Under the pieces are notes generated by a model. That model did no database searches, was not told the origin of the DNA, and saw nothing but the letters and a program-made list of their open reading frames with translations. Below are positions 30,970 to 40,091 of a stretch of 64,000 nucleotides of DNA, one piece after another. This stretch comes from Candidatus Binatia bacterium (GTDB lineage Bacteria; Desulfobacterota; Binatia; UBA9968; JAJDTQ01), in contig OX638375.1 in NCBI GenBank assembly GCA_951813575.1, positions 3,882,752-3,946,751 on the forward strand, read 5' to 3'. The first letter of the stretch is position 1; each line of letters opens with the position of its first letter. The translations under genes were made by a program, and so were the position numbers.

Positions 30970-30993
30970 CCCTTGTTTTCCAACACAGATACT

Positions 30994-31115
30994 CCGGGCT
31001 TGACCCGGGGTCCAGGCGTCGAACCGGCCAGGTCGCCCCTTCGCTGGACCCCGGGTCAAGCCCGGGGTGACGGGAAGTGGATCCGGGGTGACGGGAAGTG
31101 GATACGGGGTGACGG
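30994..31115. repeat. Remainder of the interrupted REP A, its inverted partner (31045-31071) and three 21-bp tandem copies of the REP outer end
   Basis: TGGACCCCGGGTCAAGCCCGGGGTGAC followed by repeated CGGGGTGACGGGAAGTGGAT(C/A). Confidence 0.8.
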
Positions 31116-31197
31116 AGAGTGTCCCCGGGGCAGCGGGACGCCGGTTTCCGAACCGCACCGGGGATTGGTATGGTACACGCCACAGGAGGTAACGCCC

Positions 31198-32004
31198 ATG
31201 CAATGGCTTGAGAACGAGGTGGCCGTCGTGACCGGGGCCGGATCGGGAATCGGCAAGGCGATTGTGGCCCGTTTCGTCGAGGAGGGCGCGAAGGTGGTGG
31301 CCTTCGACCTTTCGGATACGCGACTGGCGGCCCTCAGGGACGAGGTGGGCGACAACGTGGCCGTGGTTTCCGGCGACGTGAGGAGCCTGGAGGATAACCG
31401 CCGGGCGGTGGCCGCGGCGGTGTCGCAGTTCGGCCGGTTGACCGTCTTCGTGGGCAACGCCGGCATCCACGATGCCAGGCGGCCCTTGGCGGAGCTTTCG
31501 GACGAAGAGCTGGAGCAGGGCTACGACGAGGTCCTCGGGGTCAACGTCAAGGGCTACTTCCTGGGCGCCAAGGCCGCCATTCCCGAGCTCATGAAGACCC
31601 GTGGAAACATGGTGTTCACGCTTTCGACATCGTCCTACTACGTCAGCGGCGGCACCCTGTACGTCGCCTCCAAGCACGCCGCCCTGGGCATGGTCCGGCA
31701 GTTGGCCAACGAGCTGGCGCCGACGGTCCGGGTCAACGGCGTGGCGCCGTCGGGCACGTCCACCGGCCTGCGCGCGGCGCCGTCGCTGGCGGCCGGCGCC
31801 GGCGGAGACGACGTCTTCGGCGCCCCCCGTCCGCCCGCGGGACTCGGCAAGAACCTGCTGGAGGTCGCCGTGGTCCCCGAGGACCACGCCGCCGCCTACG
31901 TGATGCTGGCCTCGTCCCAGTCCCGCATCATGACCGGCGAGGTGATCCACACCGACGCCGGCCGCGGGGTGACGTCGGTGCTGGCGCCTCTGGGCAAGTC
32001 TTAG
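31198..32004 (+). CDS. SDR, cis-dihydrodiol dehydrogenase (BphB/HcaB-like)
   Basis: TGAGSGIG, NAGIHD, VNVKGY, GGTLYVASKHA and ELAPTVRVNGVAP motifs. Confidence 0.8.
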   Translation: MQWLENEVAVVTGAGSGIGKAIVARFVEEGAKVVAFDLSDTRLAALRDEVGDNVAVVSGDVRSLEDNRRAVAAAVSQFGRLTVFVGNAGIHDARRPLAELSDEELEQGYDEVLGVNVKGYFLGAKAAIPELMKTRGNMVFTLSTSSYYVSGGTLYVASKHAALGMVRQLANELAPTVRVNGVAPSGTSTGLRAAPSLAAGAGGDDVFGAPRPPAGLGKNLLEVAVVPEDHAAAYVMLASSQSRIMTGEVIHTDAGRGVTSVLAPLGKS

Positions 32005-32023
32005 CGTCGTATCGGACAGGACA

Positions 32024-32506
32024 CTAGAACAGTCCCGCCAGGTACGGCTCCGGCCAGGGCACGTGGAGGATGTGCTCGAACACGCCGTAGATGAACGTCC
32101 AGGCCAGCGCCGCCAGGAGGCACGACAGGAACCAGCCCCCGCCGTAGGCCTTGGCGTAGCCGAAGACGAACAGCGGCACCGCGGTCGGAAACCCGATGAC
32201 CCGGATGGCGAAGTAGAAGCCGAGGATCCAGGCCCAGACCTCGAGGTTGCCCCAGCGGCTCCCCGACCGCAGGGCGGGCGCGTCGAAGTGGATGCCCTCG
32301 GGCTCTTCCGTGCCGCGGCCGGGTCGCAGATCCCTCAACACCTGGACCGCGGCCAAAAAAACTCCGATGCCGCCGAGCAGGAACACGATGATGGATGCCC
32401 GCAGCTCGTCCCAGCCGTCGGCCACGCGCAGCGCCCAGAGCAGCACCAGCCCAATGACCACGGTGAAGAGAACACCCTCGTAGTGAAGCCGCCTGTCCCG
32501 GTTCAT
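32024..32506 (-). CDS. tctB: TctB-like small membrane subunit
   Basis: Four to five hydrophobic segments with a FEHILHVPWP end; lies downstream of tctA. Confidence 0.75.
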   Translation of the reverse strand: MNRDRRLHYEGVLFTVVIGLVLLWALRVADGWDELRASIIVFLLGGIGVFLAAVQVLRDLRPGRGTEEPEGIHFDAPALRSGSRWGNLEVWAWILGFYFAIRVIGFPTAVPLFVFGYAKAYGGGWFLSCLLAALAWTFIYGVFEHILHVPWPEPYLAGLF

Positions 32507-33999
32507 GCCTCACCTGTTCCGGCGGCGCGCTGCCGCCGCTCGCGCCGCTCCTTCCAGATCGGGTAGCAGAGCGACAACGCCACCAGGGCCAGCAGGATGA
32601 CGACGGCCGGGCGCAGCAGCCACTCGAATCCGTAACGCGTGTAGGAAAGCCACAGGTAGGTCTCCATCTTGGTGCCGAGCACCACCCCCAGGAGCAGCGG
32701 CGGCCGCGGCCAGCCGTGCCGCCGCATCATGAAGCCCAGCAGCGAGAACACCAGCAGCGCGCGCAGGTCGTTGACGCTGAAGTTGGCGGCGAAGGCGCCG
32801 ATGAAGACGAACACCGCCACCAGCGGCACGATGCTGTGGAACGGCATGAAGCATGCCCGTGCCATGGGCTTGGCGAGGGCGCCGCACATGGCCACCGCGA
32901 TGACGTTGCCGATGACCAGGGTCCAGATCACCGCGAAGGTGAGGTCGAGCTGCGTGGTCAGCATGTCCGGACCGGGCTTGATGCCCACCGCCACGAAGGC
33001 CGTGAGGATCAACGCCGTGGAGGTGCTGCCCGGGATGCCGAAGGCCAGGGTGGGGATGTATCCGCCGCCTTCCTTGGCGTTGTTGGACGCCTCGGGCGCG
33101 ATCACCCCGCGTATGTCGCCCTTGCCGAAGTTCTCGGTGTTCTTCTCGGTCTGCACCGCGTGGGCATAGGCGAACCAGTCGGCAACGGAGCTGCCGAGTC
33201 CCGGCAGGAAGCCGACCCATGCGCCGATGGCGGAAGACCGGACCATCAGCCACCAGTGCCGGAACACGTCCTTGATGCCGTCGAGGAAGCCGCTGCCCAG
33301 CTCCTCGTGCTCGGCGATGCTGGTCTTGCGGCTCGCCAGGTCGATGATTTCGGGAATGCCGAACAGTCCCAGGGCGACGATGATGAGGCTGATGCCGTCC
33401 CAGAGATAGTCGTAGTCGAAGTCGAACCGCGGGATCCCCGACTTCACGTCCATGCCGATGGTGGCCACCAGCACGCCGATGATGCCGGCGATGATGCCCT
33501 TGACCGGGGCGTTGCCGCTCAGCACCGCCACCATGGTGAGGCCCCACAGGGTCAGGACGAAGAACTCCGGCGAGCCGAAGGCCAGCACCAGGGGACGCAG
33601 AATCGGCAGGGAAGCCACCAGCACCAGCGCGCCCACGAACCCGCCCAGCAGCGACGCGGCGAAGGACGCGCTCAGCGCCCGGGCGGCCTGCCCCTGCTTG
33701 GCCAGGGGATAGCCGTCCAGGATGGTTGCCTGGGAGCCCGAGCTGCCGGGTATGGAGATGAGTATGGAGGGGAAGGCGCTGGCGGTGTTCCCCACGGCGT
33801 CCAGGCCCACCAGTAGCGCGATGACCGGATAGGGATCCTGCATGGTCATCACGAACGGGAGCATGATGGCCAGCGTGGTGGGGCCGCCGATGCCCGGCAG
33901 GAACCCCACCATGCTCCCGATCAGCACTCCCAGGGCCATCATGCCCAGGGAGTGCAGGGTCAGGATGCCGAGCAGGCCGTCAAACGCGGCTTCGAGCAT
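32503..33999 (-). CDS. tctA: TctA tripartite tricarboxylate transporter permease
   Basis: GFLPGIG, ATILDGYPLAKQG, GVIAPEASNNA and TLAFGIPGS motifs. Confidence 0.9.
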   Translation of the reverse strand: MLEAAFDGLLGILTLHSLGMMALGVLIGSMVGFLPGIGGPTTLAIMLPFVMTMQDPYPVIALLVGLDAVGNTASAFPSILISIPGSSGSQATILDGYPLAKQGQAARALSASFAASLLGGFVGALVLVASLPILRPLVLAFGSPEFFVLTLWGLTMVAVLSGNAPVKGIIAGIIGVLVATIGMDVKSGIPRFDFDYDYLWDGISLIIVALGLFGIPEIIDLASRKTSIAEHEELGSGFLDGIKDVFRHWWLMVRSSAIGAWVGFLPGLGSSVADWFAYAHAVQTEKNTENFGKGDIRGVIAPEASNNAKEGGGYIPTLAFGIPGSTSTALILTAFVAVGIKPGPDMLTTQLDLTFAVIWTLVIGNVIAVAMCGALAKPMARACFMPFHSIVPLVAVFVFIGAFAANFSVNDLRALLVFSLLGFMMRRHGWPRPPLLLGVVLGTKMETYLWLSYTRYGFEWLLRPAVVILLALVALSLCYPIWKERRERRQRAAGTGEA

Positions 34000-34005
34000 C
34001 CACTG

Positions 34006-35055
34006 CTACTTTTTCTTCTTGCCCGTGGGCAGGCCGTGCTCCTTGCGGATGTTGAAGAGGAAGTCCTTGACCTCCTGGGAGGCATTGGTGACCTCCAGGA
34101 CCAGCTTCGCCGTGGCCGGACCGGCACGGGTCCTCCAGGCCTCGCCGAAGAACTTGGTGGCCTGTACCTTGAACTCCGGGTCGTCCACCATCTTGCCCCA
34201 GGCCCCATGCAGGACGTTCATGACGTTGTCGGGCGTTCCCTTGGGGGCGTGCAGAAACTTGTCCACGTCCGAGGGTCCGGCCCACACCTTGAAGGCCTGC
34301 CACGCCACGCCGGAGGGCCTCTTGTCGCCCATCAGCTCCTGGAAGGTCGGGATGTCCGGGAAGTCCCTGCGGCGCTTGTCCGTAAGCAGCACGAGCGGAT
34401 CCACGACGCCGTCCTTCTGGAGGTCCCGGATGAGCTTGGCGTTGCCGGTGCCCCACATCTCGATCTCGCCCTGGCGCAGCGCCAGCACCATCTCGCCGGT
34501 GCCCGCGTAGCCGAAAATCCAGCGGTTGTTCCAGCCCAGATACTTGGCTCCCCACACGGTCATGGCCACCCACGTGCGGATGCCGTCGGAATCGCCCACC
34601 ACCACGGGCTTGGCCTTGGCATCGGTGAGGCGCTTGCGGGCGTCCTTCCGCACCATGAGGATGCTGCCGCCCCGCATGATGGAGCCGACGTACGAGTACG
34701 TGCGGGGATTGAACTTGACCCGCTTGCCGCCGCGCACGTAGGTGCTGAGCGCCGACGACGAATCCTGCAGCAGCGTCAGCCCGTCCGGTTTGGCCCGGCG
34801 CGTGTAGTAGTTGTTGACCACGGTGCCGCCGCCGCCGGGCATGTTCTGCACGATGGTCTTGGGGTTGCCGGGTATGAATTTCGGCAGAAAACGGGAAACC
34901 AGCCGAGCGGTGGCGTCGGTGCCGCCGCCGGGGCTGGAGGAGACCAGGACCCGGATGGTCTTGCCCTCGTAGTAGTCGGCCGCGGGCGCCGGGGCGGCGC
35001 ACAGGACGATCGCCGCAAGGATCGAAGTCAGTATCGTCGCACGGTATCCATCCAT
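34006..35055 (-). CDS. TctC/Bug-like substrate-binding protein
   Basis: Signal peptide, YYEGKTI, SPGGGTD and VQNMPGGGG. Confidence 0.85.
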   Translation of the reverse strand: MDGYRATILTSILAAIVLCAAPAPAADYYEGKTIRVLVSSSPGGGTDATARLVSRFLPKFIPGNPKTIVQNMPGGGGTVVNNYYTRRAKPDGLTLLQDSSSALSTYVRGGKRVKFNPRTYSYVGSIMRGGSILMVRKDARKRLTDAKAKPVVVGDSDGIRTWVAMTVWGAKYLGWNNRWIFGYAGTGEMVLALRQGEIEMWGTGNAKLIRDLQKDGVVDPLVLLTDKRRRDFPDIPTFQELMGDKRPSGVAWQAFKVWAGPSDVDKFLHAPKGTPDNVMNVLHGAWGKMVDDPEFKVQATKFFGEAWRTRAGPATAKLVLEVTNASQEVKDFLFNIRKEHGLPTGKKKK

Positions 35056-35119
35056 GGTTAGGGTTCCTCCTTCGCTGGCACGCTCTGGATATTATGGTTA
35101 TCGACGCAGTGTCAACCGG

Positions 35120-36172
35120 CTACATGCCCATGCCGGATTCGTCCAGGCTCTCCTGGCGGTGCAAGCCGAAGGCTTCCAGCACCGGGGCGTCGTGCATGGA
35201 GAAAAGGATCGCTTCGTCTTCAGCCGAGCGGTTGGCGTGCTCGTGCCAGCTCCACAACGGCACGATGAAGGTGTCTCCCTTGCTCCATTCCAGTGTCTCG
35301 CCATTGATCACCGTGGCGCCGCTGCCACGGAACGCGTGGTAGATGCTCGTGCTGTTGTGGCGGTGCGCCCGGGTGCGCTCGCCGGGGCGCAGCATCTGCG
35401 CCCGGCACGCCAGCGTCGGCAGGGTGCTGCCGCCGGTGAGCGGGTTCACGTAATCCAGGGCGACGCCGTCATAGGGGTCGGCCGGGGTATCGGCCAGCGC
35501 CTGGAGCGAACGGTAGGTGTCCTTCCACCGGTAGTGGAGCGGCGTCGGCGCCGCCCCGTCGCCGGAACGCACCGGACGGGTCATGCCGAAGAGGGACGCT
35601 TCCTGCCCGCTCGCGTGGGTGGCCTGTTTCTCTTCGGAGTAGGGCTCGTAGGAGATCACCTGCAGCGACTGGATCAGCGGCACGTCGAGGCCGTCGAGCC
35701 ACACCATGGGCTCGCGGCCCTCGTGGCCGTGGTCGTGCCAGGTCCACTGGGGCGTCAGGATGAGGTCCCCCTCCGCCATCATCAACTTCTCGCCGTTCAC
35801 CACCGTGTAGGCGCCCTGGCCCTGCACGATGAAGCGGATGGCGGCCATGGTGTGACGGTGGGCGGGAGCCACCTCGCCGGGCTGGATCATCTGGCAGGCC
35901 AGCAGCATGGTGTGGCTGGTCATCTCGATGTGCCGCATCCCGGGGTTGACCAGGCGAATGGTGCGCCGCTCGGTGCGGCCCTTCTCGATGCCGATCCGGT
36001 CGCGGGCCTGTCGGAGACTGTCGTAGACGTCGTCCCACTTCCACAGGTGCGGCACCACCTTCGTCTGGGGGTCGGGCGTGCGCTCGTGGCGGTCCAGCTT
36101 CCACAGGCCGGAAAGCCAGCGGTCGGCCAGGAAGTTGTCCAGCTCCGTCAAATCCTGCGTTTCGGTCTTCAT
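35120..36172 (-). CDS. Gentisate 1,2-dioxygenase-like bicupin (paralog of 839..1858)
   Basis: ERRTIRLVNPG, AHRHTMAAIRF, GDLILTPQWTWHDH and HRHNSTSIYH motifs. Confidence 0.85.
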   Translation of the reverse strand: MKTETQDLTELDNFLADRWLSGLWKLDRHERTPDPQTKVVPHLWKWDDVYDSLRQARDRIGIEKGRTERRTIRLVNPGMRHIEMTSHTMLLACQMIQPGEVAPAHRHTMAAIRFIVQGQGAYTVVNGEKLMMAEGDLILTPQWTWHDHGHEGREPMVWLDGLDVPLIQSLQVISYEPYSEEKQATHASGQEASLFGMTRPVRSGDGAAPTPLHYRWKDTYRSLQALADTPADPYDGVALDYVNPLTGGSTLPTLACRAQMLRPGERTRAHRHNSTSIYHAFRGSGATVINGETLEWSKGDTFIVPLWSWHEHANRSAEDEAILFSMHDAPVLEAFGLHRQESLDESGMGM

Positions 36173-36199
36173 CGCGGTGCCCTCGACAGGAACGCGCGT

Positions 36200-36883
36200 T
36201 CAGCGCAGCTCGTAGCCCATCTCGTAGTGGATGTAGATGCCGTCGAAGAAGAACCAGCGCATCTTGGCGCTCTCCCGCGCGTAGTCGACGGCCATCTGCT
36301 GGAGCTCGGGGGTGGTGCAGTACCGTTCCAGGATCTCGAAACCCCGCCCGCCGTGCTCCGTGTCCACCTCGGCGTGGAGCCAGAAGTGCTCGATGTCCGC
36401 TTCGTCGAAGCGGTAGAGGTCGCGCAGGGCGGGTAGCACCTTGCTGTACAGCATCGGCGACTGGGACTCGGTGCCGATGTTGGTGGCGGCTACGCTGCAG
36501 ATGAAGGACTCGTCCTTGCACACGCGGTTGAACCACGTCGCCCAGGCTTCGGTGGTGGGCAGGCCGCGGCCACGCCGGGCGGCCTCGGCGTCGGCGCCGT
36601 TGGCGGTGGCGAAGCGCAGGATGATGTCCAGGTGCGGCCGTTCCGGGTCGCTCTCCTCCAGGTAGTTGCCGAGCAGGAGCCCTTGCACCTCCAGGGGCGT
36701 GTTGGCCGCCTTGTAGAGCTCTCCGCGGTAGATGTTGCTGATCCAGTGGTACTGCTCGATGGCCCAGCCCGCCATGGCGTTGCGGCTGAGCTTGCCCGCC
36801 GCCCACTTCTCGGTGAGTGGATGGTTGGCGCAGTGCCGTTCCAGCACGGCTGCTTCGAGCCGTTCCCGTAGCGAGCTCGCCAT
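36200..36883 (-). CDS. PqqC/CADD-like heme-oxygenase-like diiron protein
   Basis: NHPL, NYLEESDPERPH (E-x6-H), GTESQ and HFWLHAEVDTEH. Confidence 0.8.
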   Translation of the reverse strand: MASSLRERLEAAVLERHCANHPLTEKWAAGKLSRNAMAGWAIEQYHWISNIYRGELYKAANTPLEVQGLLLGNYLEESDPERPHLDIILRFATANGADAEAARRGRGLPTTEAWATWFNRVCKDESFICSVAATNIGTESQSPMLYSKVLPALRDLYRFDEADIEHFWLHAEVDTEHGGRGFEILERYCTTPELQQMAVDYARESAKMRWFFFDGIYIHYEMGYELR

Positions 36884-37004
36884 GTGCGACTCCCTTCCGA
36901 CTTGCGTGTCCGCGCCCCATGCGCCGGCCGCGGCAGGCCGGGCGATATCAGCACGCCCCGGCCGTGGCTGTCAAGCGCGGCACCGTGGATGCGGCCGGCG
37001 AGGA

Positions 37005-37385
37005 TCATTCCTTCCGGGGCAGTCGATCCCGCTTCACCACCACCCGTTGGTGGCGACCTTCGCCGATCTTCTCCCGTTCGTTGTACGCCTCCACCGTGAA
37101 GGTGAGCCGGCGCCCTTCGACCTCCACGAGCCGGGCCGAGGTGCGGACGGTCTCGCCGATCCGGGTCCCGGCGATGTGAGAGATTTCAACGCGGACCCCC
37201 AGGGAAACCTCGTCGTCGTCGAGGTACGGGGCGACGGTCTCCACGCAGGCGCGCTCCATGTGCCCCACCATGGCCGGGGTCGAATACACCACGAAGCCCT
37301 CGTCGGCAATGTGCGCCGCCGCCATTTCCTGGGTCGTTTCGATGATCCACTGGCCTTCGAGCCCTTCCTTGAGTTCGTCTTTCAT
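37005..37385 (-). CDS. Hotdog-fold thioesterase (FlK-like)
   Basis: VYSTPAMVGHMERAC, GVRVEISH and IGEGRHQR motifs. Confidence 0.85.
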   Translation of the reverse strand: MKDELKEGLEGQWIIETTQEMAAAHIADEGFVVYSTPAMVGHMERACVETVAPYLDDDEVSLGVRVEISHIAGTRIGETVRTSARLVEVEGRRLTFTVEAYNEREKIGEGRHQRVVVKRDRLPRKE

Positions 37386-37488
37386 CCTGCCTCCCGGACT
37401 ATGGGGATCCTCGTGCTGTCTGATTGCCTGTTCCCCGTTCCCTACTATTGGCGATATCGTCTATACTGTGAACCGGTCACGATCCATC

Positions 37489-37680
37489 ATGGAAAAGGTC
37501 GTTCGAAAATTCGCATCCTTCGCCGAGGAAGAAGAAGCGGAGTACTCTTACTACCGCCGGCTCTCTGGTGCCGAAAAATTGCAAATCCTGCTTGACCTGA
37601 TCATGCCCGAGAATCCCGATGCGGGAACTATCGACCGATCTGCGCGAGTTCATCCACTTGCTGAACACGAGCCGTGTTAA
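37489..37680 (+). CDS. Small hypothetical protein (63 aa), putative partner of the nucleotidyltransferase
   Basis: MEKVVRKFASFAEEEEAEYSYYRRLSGAEKLQIL; overlaps the next gene. Confidence 0.55.
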   Translation: MEKVVRKFASFAEEEEAEYSYYRRLSGAEKLQILLDLIMPENPDAGTIDRSARVHPLAEHEPC

Positions 37681-38074
37681 GTACATGCTCGTAGGTGCAT
37701 GGGCACTGGCTCTTCATGCCCGGCCTCGCTATACGGCCGATGTGGACGTGTTTGTGGAGCGAAGCCCGGAGAACGCCGGGAGGCTGATGGAGGTTATCGA
37801 AAAGTTCGGGTTTGGCGGCATCGGGATTGAAGCGGCGGATTTCCTGCAGGTCGACTGCGTGATCCAGCTCGGCAGGGCGCCGAACCGAGTCGATCTTCTC
37901 ACGGGCATCAGTGGAGTCGGCTTCGATGAAGCCTGGGAAGATCGGGTCACGGCGACCCTGTCCGGTGTCGAGGTGGCCGTCATCGGCCGAGAGCATCTGA
38001 TCCGAAACAAGCGGGCTGTGAACCGCGCGAAGGATCGCGCCGATATCGAGTGGTTGGAGCGCACCGGTCGGTAG
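37619..38074 (+). CDS. Nucleotidyltransferase-fold protein
   Basis: YMLVGAWALALHARPRYTADVDVF (G-A...DxD), VDLL and LIRNKRAVNRAKDRADIE. Confidence 0.75.
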   Translation: MRELSTDLREFIHLLNTSRVKYMLVGAWALALHARPRYTADVDVFVERSPENAGRLMEVIEKFGFGGIGIEAADFLQVDCVIQLGRAPNRVDLLTGISGVGFDEAWEDRVTATLSGVEVAVIGREHLIRNKRAVNRAKDRADIEWLERTGR

Positions 38075-38110
38075 CCTTGGCGGGCTCGTGAAAGGAAGGT
38101 GTCCTGAATC

Positions 38111-39289
38111 ATGAACGCGGCATTGCAGGGGACCATGGCGCTGGATCTGAGCGGCCACGTGGCCGGGCCGTTTTGCGGGAGCCTTTTGGGAGACCTCGGG
38201 TGCGACGTGATCAAGGTGGAGCTGCCGGACGGAGGCGACACCCACCGTGGCCGGAATCCCTTGTACGAGGGCTACGGGCCGAGCTTCCGGGCGCTCAACC
38301 GCAACAAGCGGAGCCTGACCCTGGACCTGCGAAACCCTCAGGGGAAGGAGATCCTGCTCAAGCTGCTGGAGAAGGCGGATGTCCTGCTGGAGAACTTCCG
38401 TCCCGAGACGCGCGTGAAGCTGGGGCTCGACTACGAGCGCCTGTCCGAGCTCAACCCGAGACTGGTCCATTGCTCCATCACCGGCTACGGGCAGGAGGGC
38501 CCCTACCGCGACAAGCCGGGGTTCGACACCATCGGCCAGGCCCTGAGCGGCATGCTGAGCCTGATGACCGACTTCGACAAGCCCAAGGTGGTGGGGGTGT
38601 CGGTCACCGACCATTCCACCGGAGTGTTCGCCGCCTACGGCATCCTGGCGGCGCTGATGGCGCGCCACCATACCGGCCGCGGCCAGTTCGTGGACGCGTC
38701 GCTCCTGCGCATCAGCCTGGCCTTCATCGAGTCCCACATGGCCGACTACCTGAACGGCGGCGAGGCCATCACCCGGGAGAACTTTCCGCGGGGGCGTATC
38801 TATTGTTTCGTCCCCAGCGACAAGAAAGCCCTGGTGATCCACCTCTCCGGACACCAGAAGGCGTGGGAAGGGCTGGTGACCGCGGTGGAACGCCGGGACC
38901 TGCTGGACGAGCCTCGTTTCGCCACGCGAAAGGACCGTTGGGAAAATCACTACGATATCGTTCCCATCCTGCAGGCGGAGTTCGAGAAGAAGCCGCGAGA
39001 TCACTGGCTCAAGGCGCTGGACGCGGTCAGTGTTCCCAACGCGCCGATTTACAAGATCGACGAGGTGCTCGACGATCCGCAGGTGGCGGCGCTGGGGCTA
39101 CCGCAGGAGATCCGGCATTCCAGAATGGGGTCGAGCAACCTCATCGGAAATGCGATCCAGCTTTCAGACACGCCCATGCAGTTTCACCGCGCCGCGCCGC
39201 TGCTGGGCGAGAACACCGAGGAGATTCTCCGCGGGCTGGGTTATGACGAGGAGGCGTTGGCGGAGTTGCGGGACAACGGCGTGACGTGA
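38111..39289 (+). CDS. CaiB/BaiF (class III) CoA-transferase
   Basis: DLGCDVIKVE, NRNKRSLTLDL, ENFRP, SITGYGQEGP and APLLGENT motifs. Confidence 0.95.
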   Translation: MNAALQGTMALDLSGHVAGPFCGSLLGDLGCDVIKVELPDGGDTHRGRNPLYEGYGPSFRALNRNKRSLTLDLRNPQGKEILLKLLEKADVLLENFRPETRVKLGLDYERLSELNPRLVHCSITGYGQEGPYRDKPGFDTIGQALSGMLSLMTDFDKPKVVGVSVTDHSTGVFAAYGILAALMARHHTGRGQFVDASLLRISLAFIESHMADYLNGGEAITRENFPRGRIYCFVPSDKKALVIHLSGHQKAWEGLVTAVERRDLLDEPRFATRKDRWENHYDIVPILQAEFEKKPRDHWLKALDAVSVPNAPIYKIDEVLDDPQVAALGLPQEIRHSRMGSSNLIGNAIQLSDTPMQFHRAAPLLGENTEEILRGLGYDEEALAELRDNGVT

Positions 39290-39318
39290 GGGCGGTGCCA
39301 GTGATCGGGAGGCGTTCC

Positions 39319-39966
39319 ATGACGAGCAGCGAATTCGTTCAGGAGTTGCGGGACAAGGTGAAAGCGTTCTGCGCCACCCTCGACGACCGGCCGCCGGCCT
39401 ACAGCTACGTTCCGCTGAGCACCGACGAGGAGCGTGTCCGGGTCATGAAGAGCCGGCTGTGGAACGAGCTTCGGGCCGCGGATCTTTTCGGCGGCTGGCT
39501 CAGGACCACGCCGGAGTTCGAGGTCAAGACCATGATGGCGCGGTCCGCCCACGAGGAGATGGTGCACGCCGGGCTTCTGTCGGCGCGCATCCGGGAGCTG
39601 GGTGCGGACCCCTTCGACTACCGCCCGCTGCCGGCGCAGATGTCCATGTTCAGCGCCATGGAGGGGCTTCGGGACAGTTGCCAGCGGTTGGCCGGCTTCT
39701 CCATGGGCGGTGAGGGAATCGCCAACTACCTCATCGAGAAGTGCTTGGCCGCGCCCTCGGTCCCCGACTGGATCAAGGCCCCGTACAAGCGCATCCTGGC
39801 CGACGAGGAGGGTCACGGCACCGGCCCCGAGGGAATCCTGGAGCGTTACGCCACCACCCCGGAGCTCCAGGACGCCACCCGCCGGGCCGTGGCCATGCGC
39901 CTGGTGCTTATGCGGGAGTACCTCGCCAGCCTGGACCGGTGGGCCATGAACGAGTCGGAATGGTAG
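39319..39966 (+). CDS. Ferritin-like diiron four-helix-bundle protein
   Basis: NELRAAD, HEEMVH, GE and DEEGH (E...ExxH...E...ExxH); GGAGG RBS. Confidence 0.75.
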   Translation: MTSSEFVQELRDKVKAFCATLDDRPPAYSYVPLSTDEERVRVMKSRLWNELRAADLFGGWLRTTPEFEVKTMMARSAHEEMVHAGLLSARIRELGADPFDYRPLPAQMSMFSAMEGLRDSCQRLAGFSMGGEGIANYLIEKCLAAPSVPDWIKAPYKRILADEEGHGTGPEGILERYATTPELQDATRRAVAMRLVLMREYLASLDRWAMNESEW

Positions 39967-40091
39967 TGGGTCGAAACCTGGGCAGGGTGAATTTCGCGCG
40001 GGCGCGATTCTTGACGGCTAAAGACCGGTAATGCTAGACGCTAGAGTAGGTGCGCGAGAATGTTCGAAATGTTCACAAGGGGGTAGATCAA

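Noticed and set aside
36200-36883. pqqC of a PQQ biosynthesis operon
   Set aside because: No pqqA, B, D or E in the window, and the ligand pattern fits the broader CADD/HDO group.
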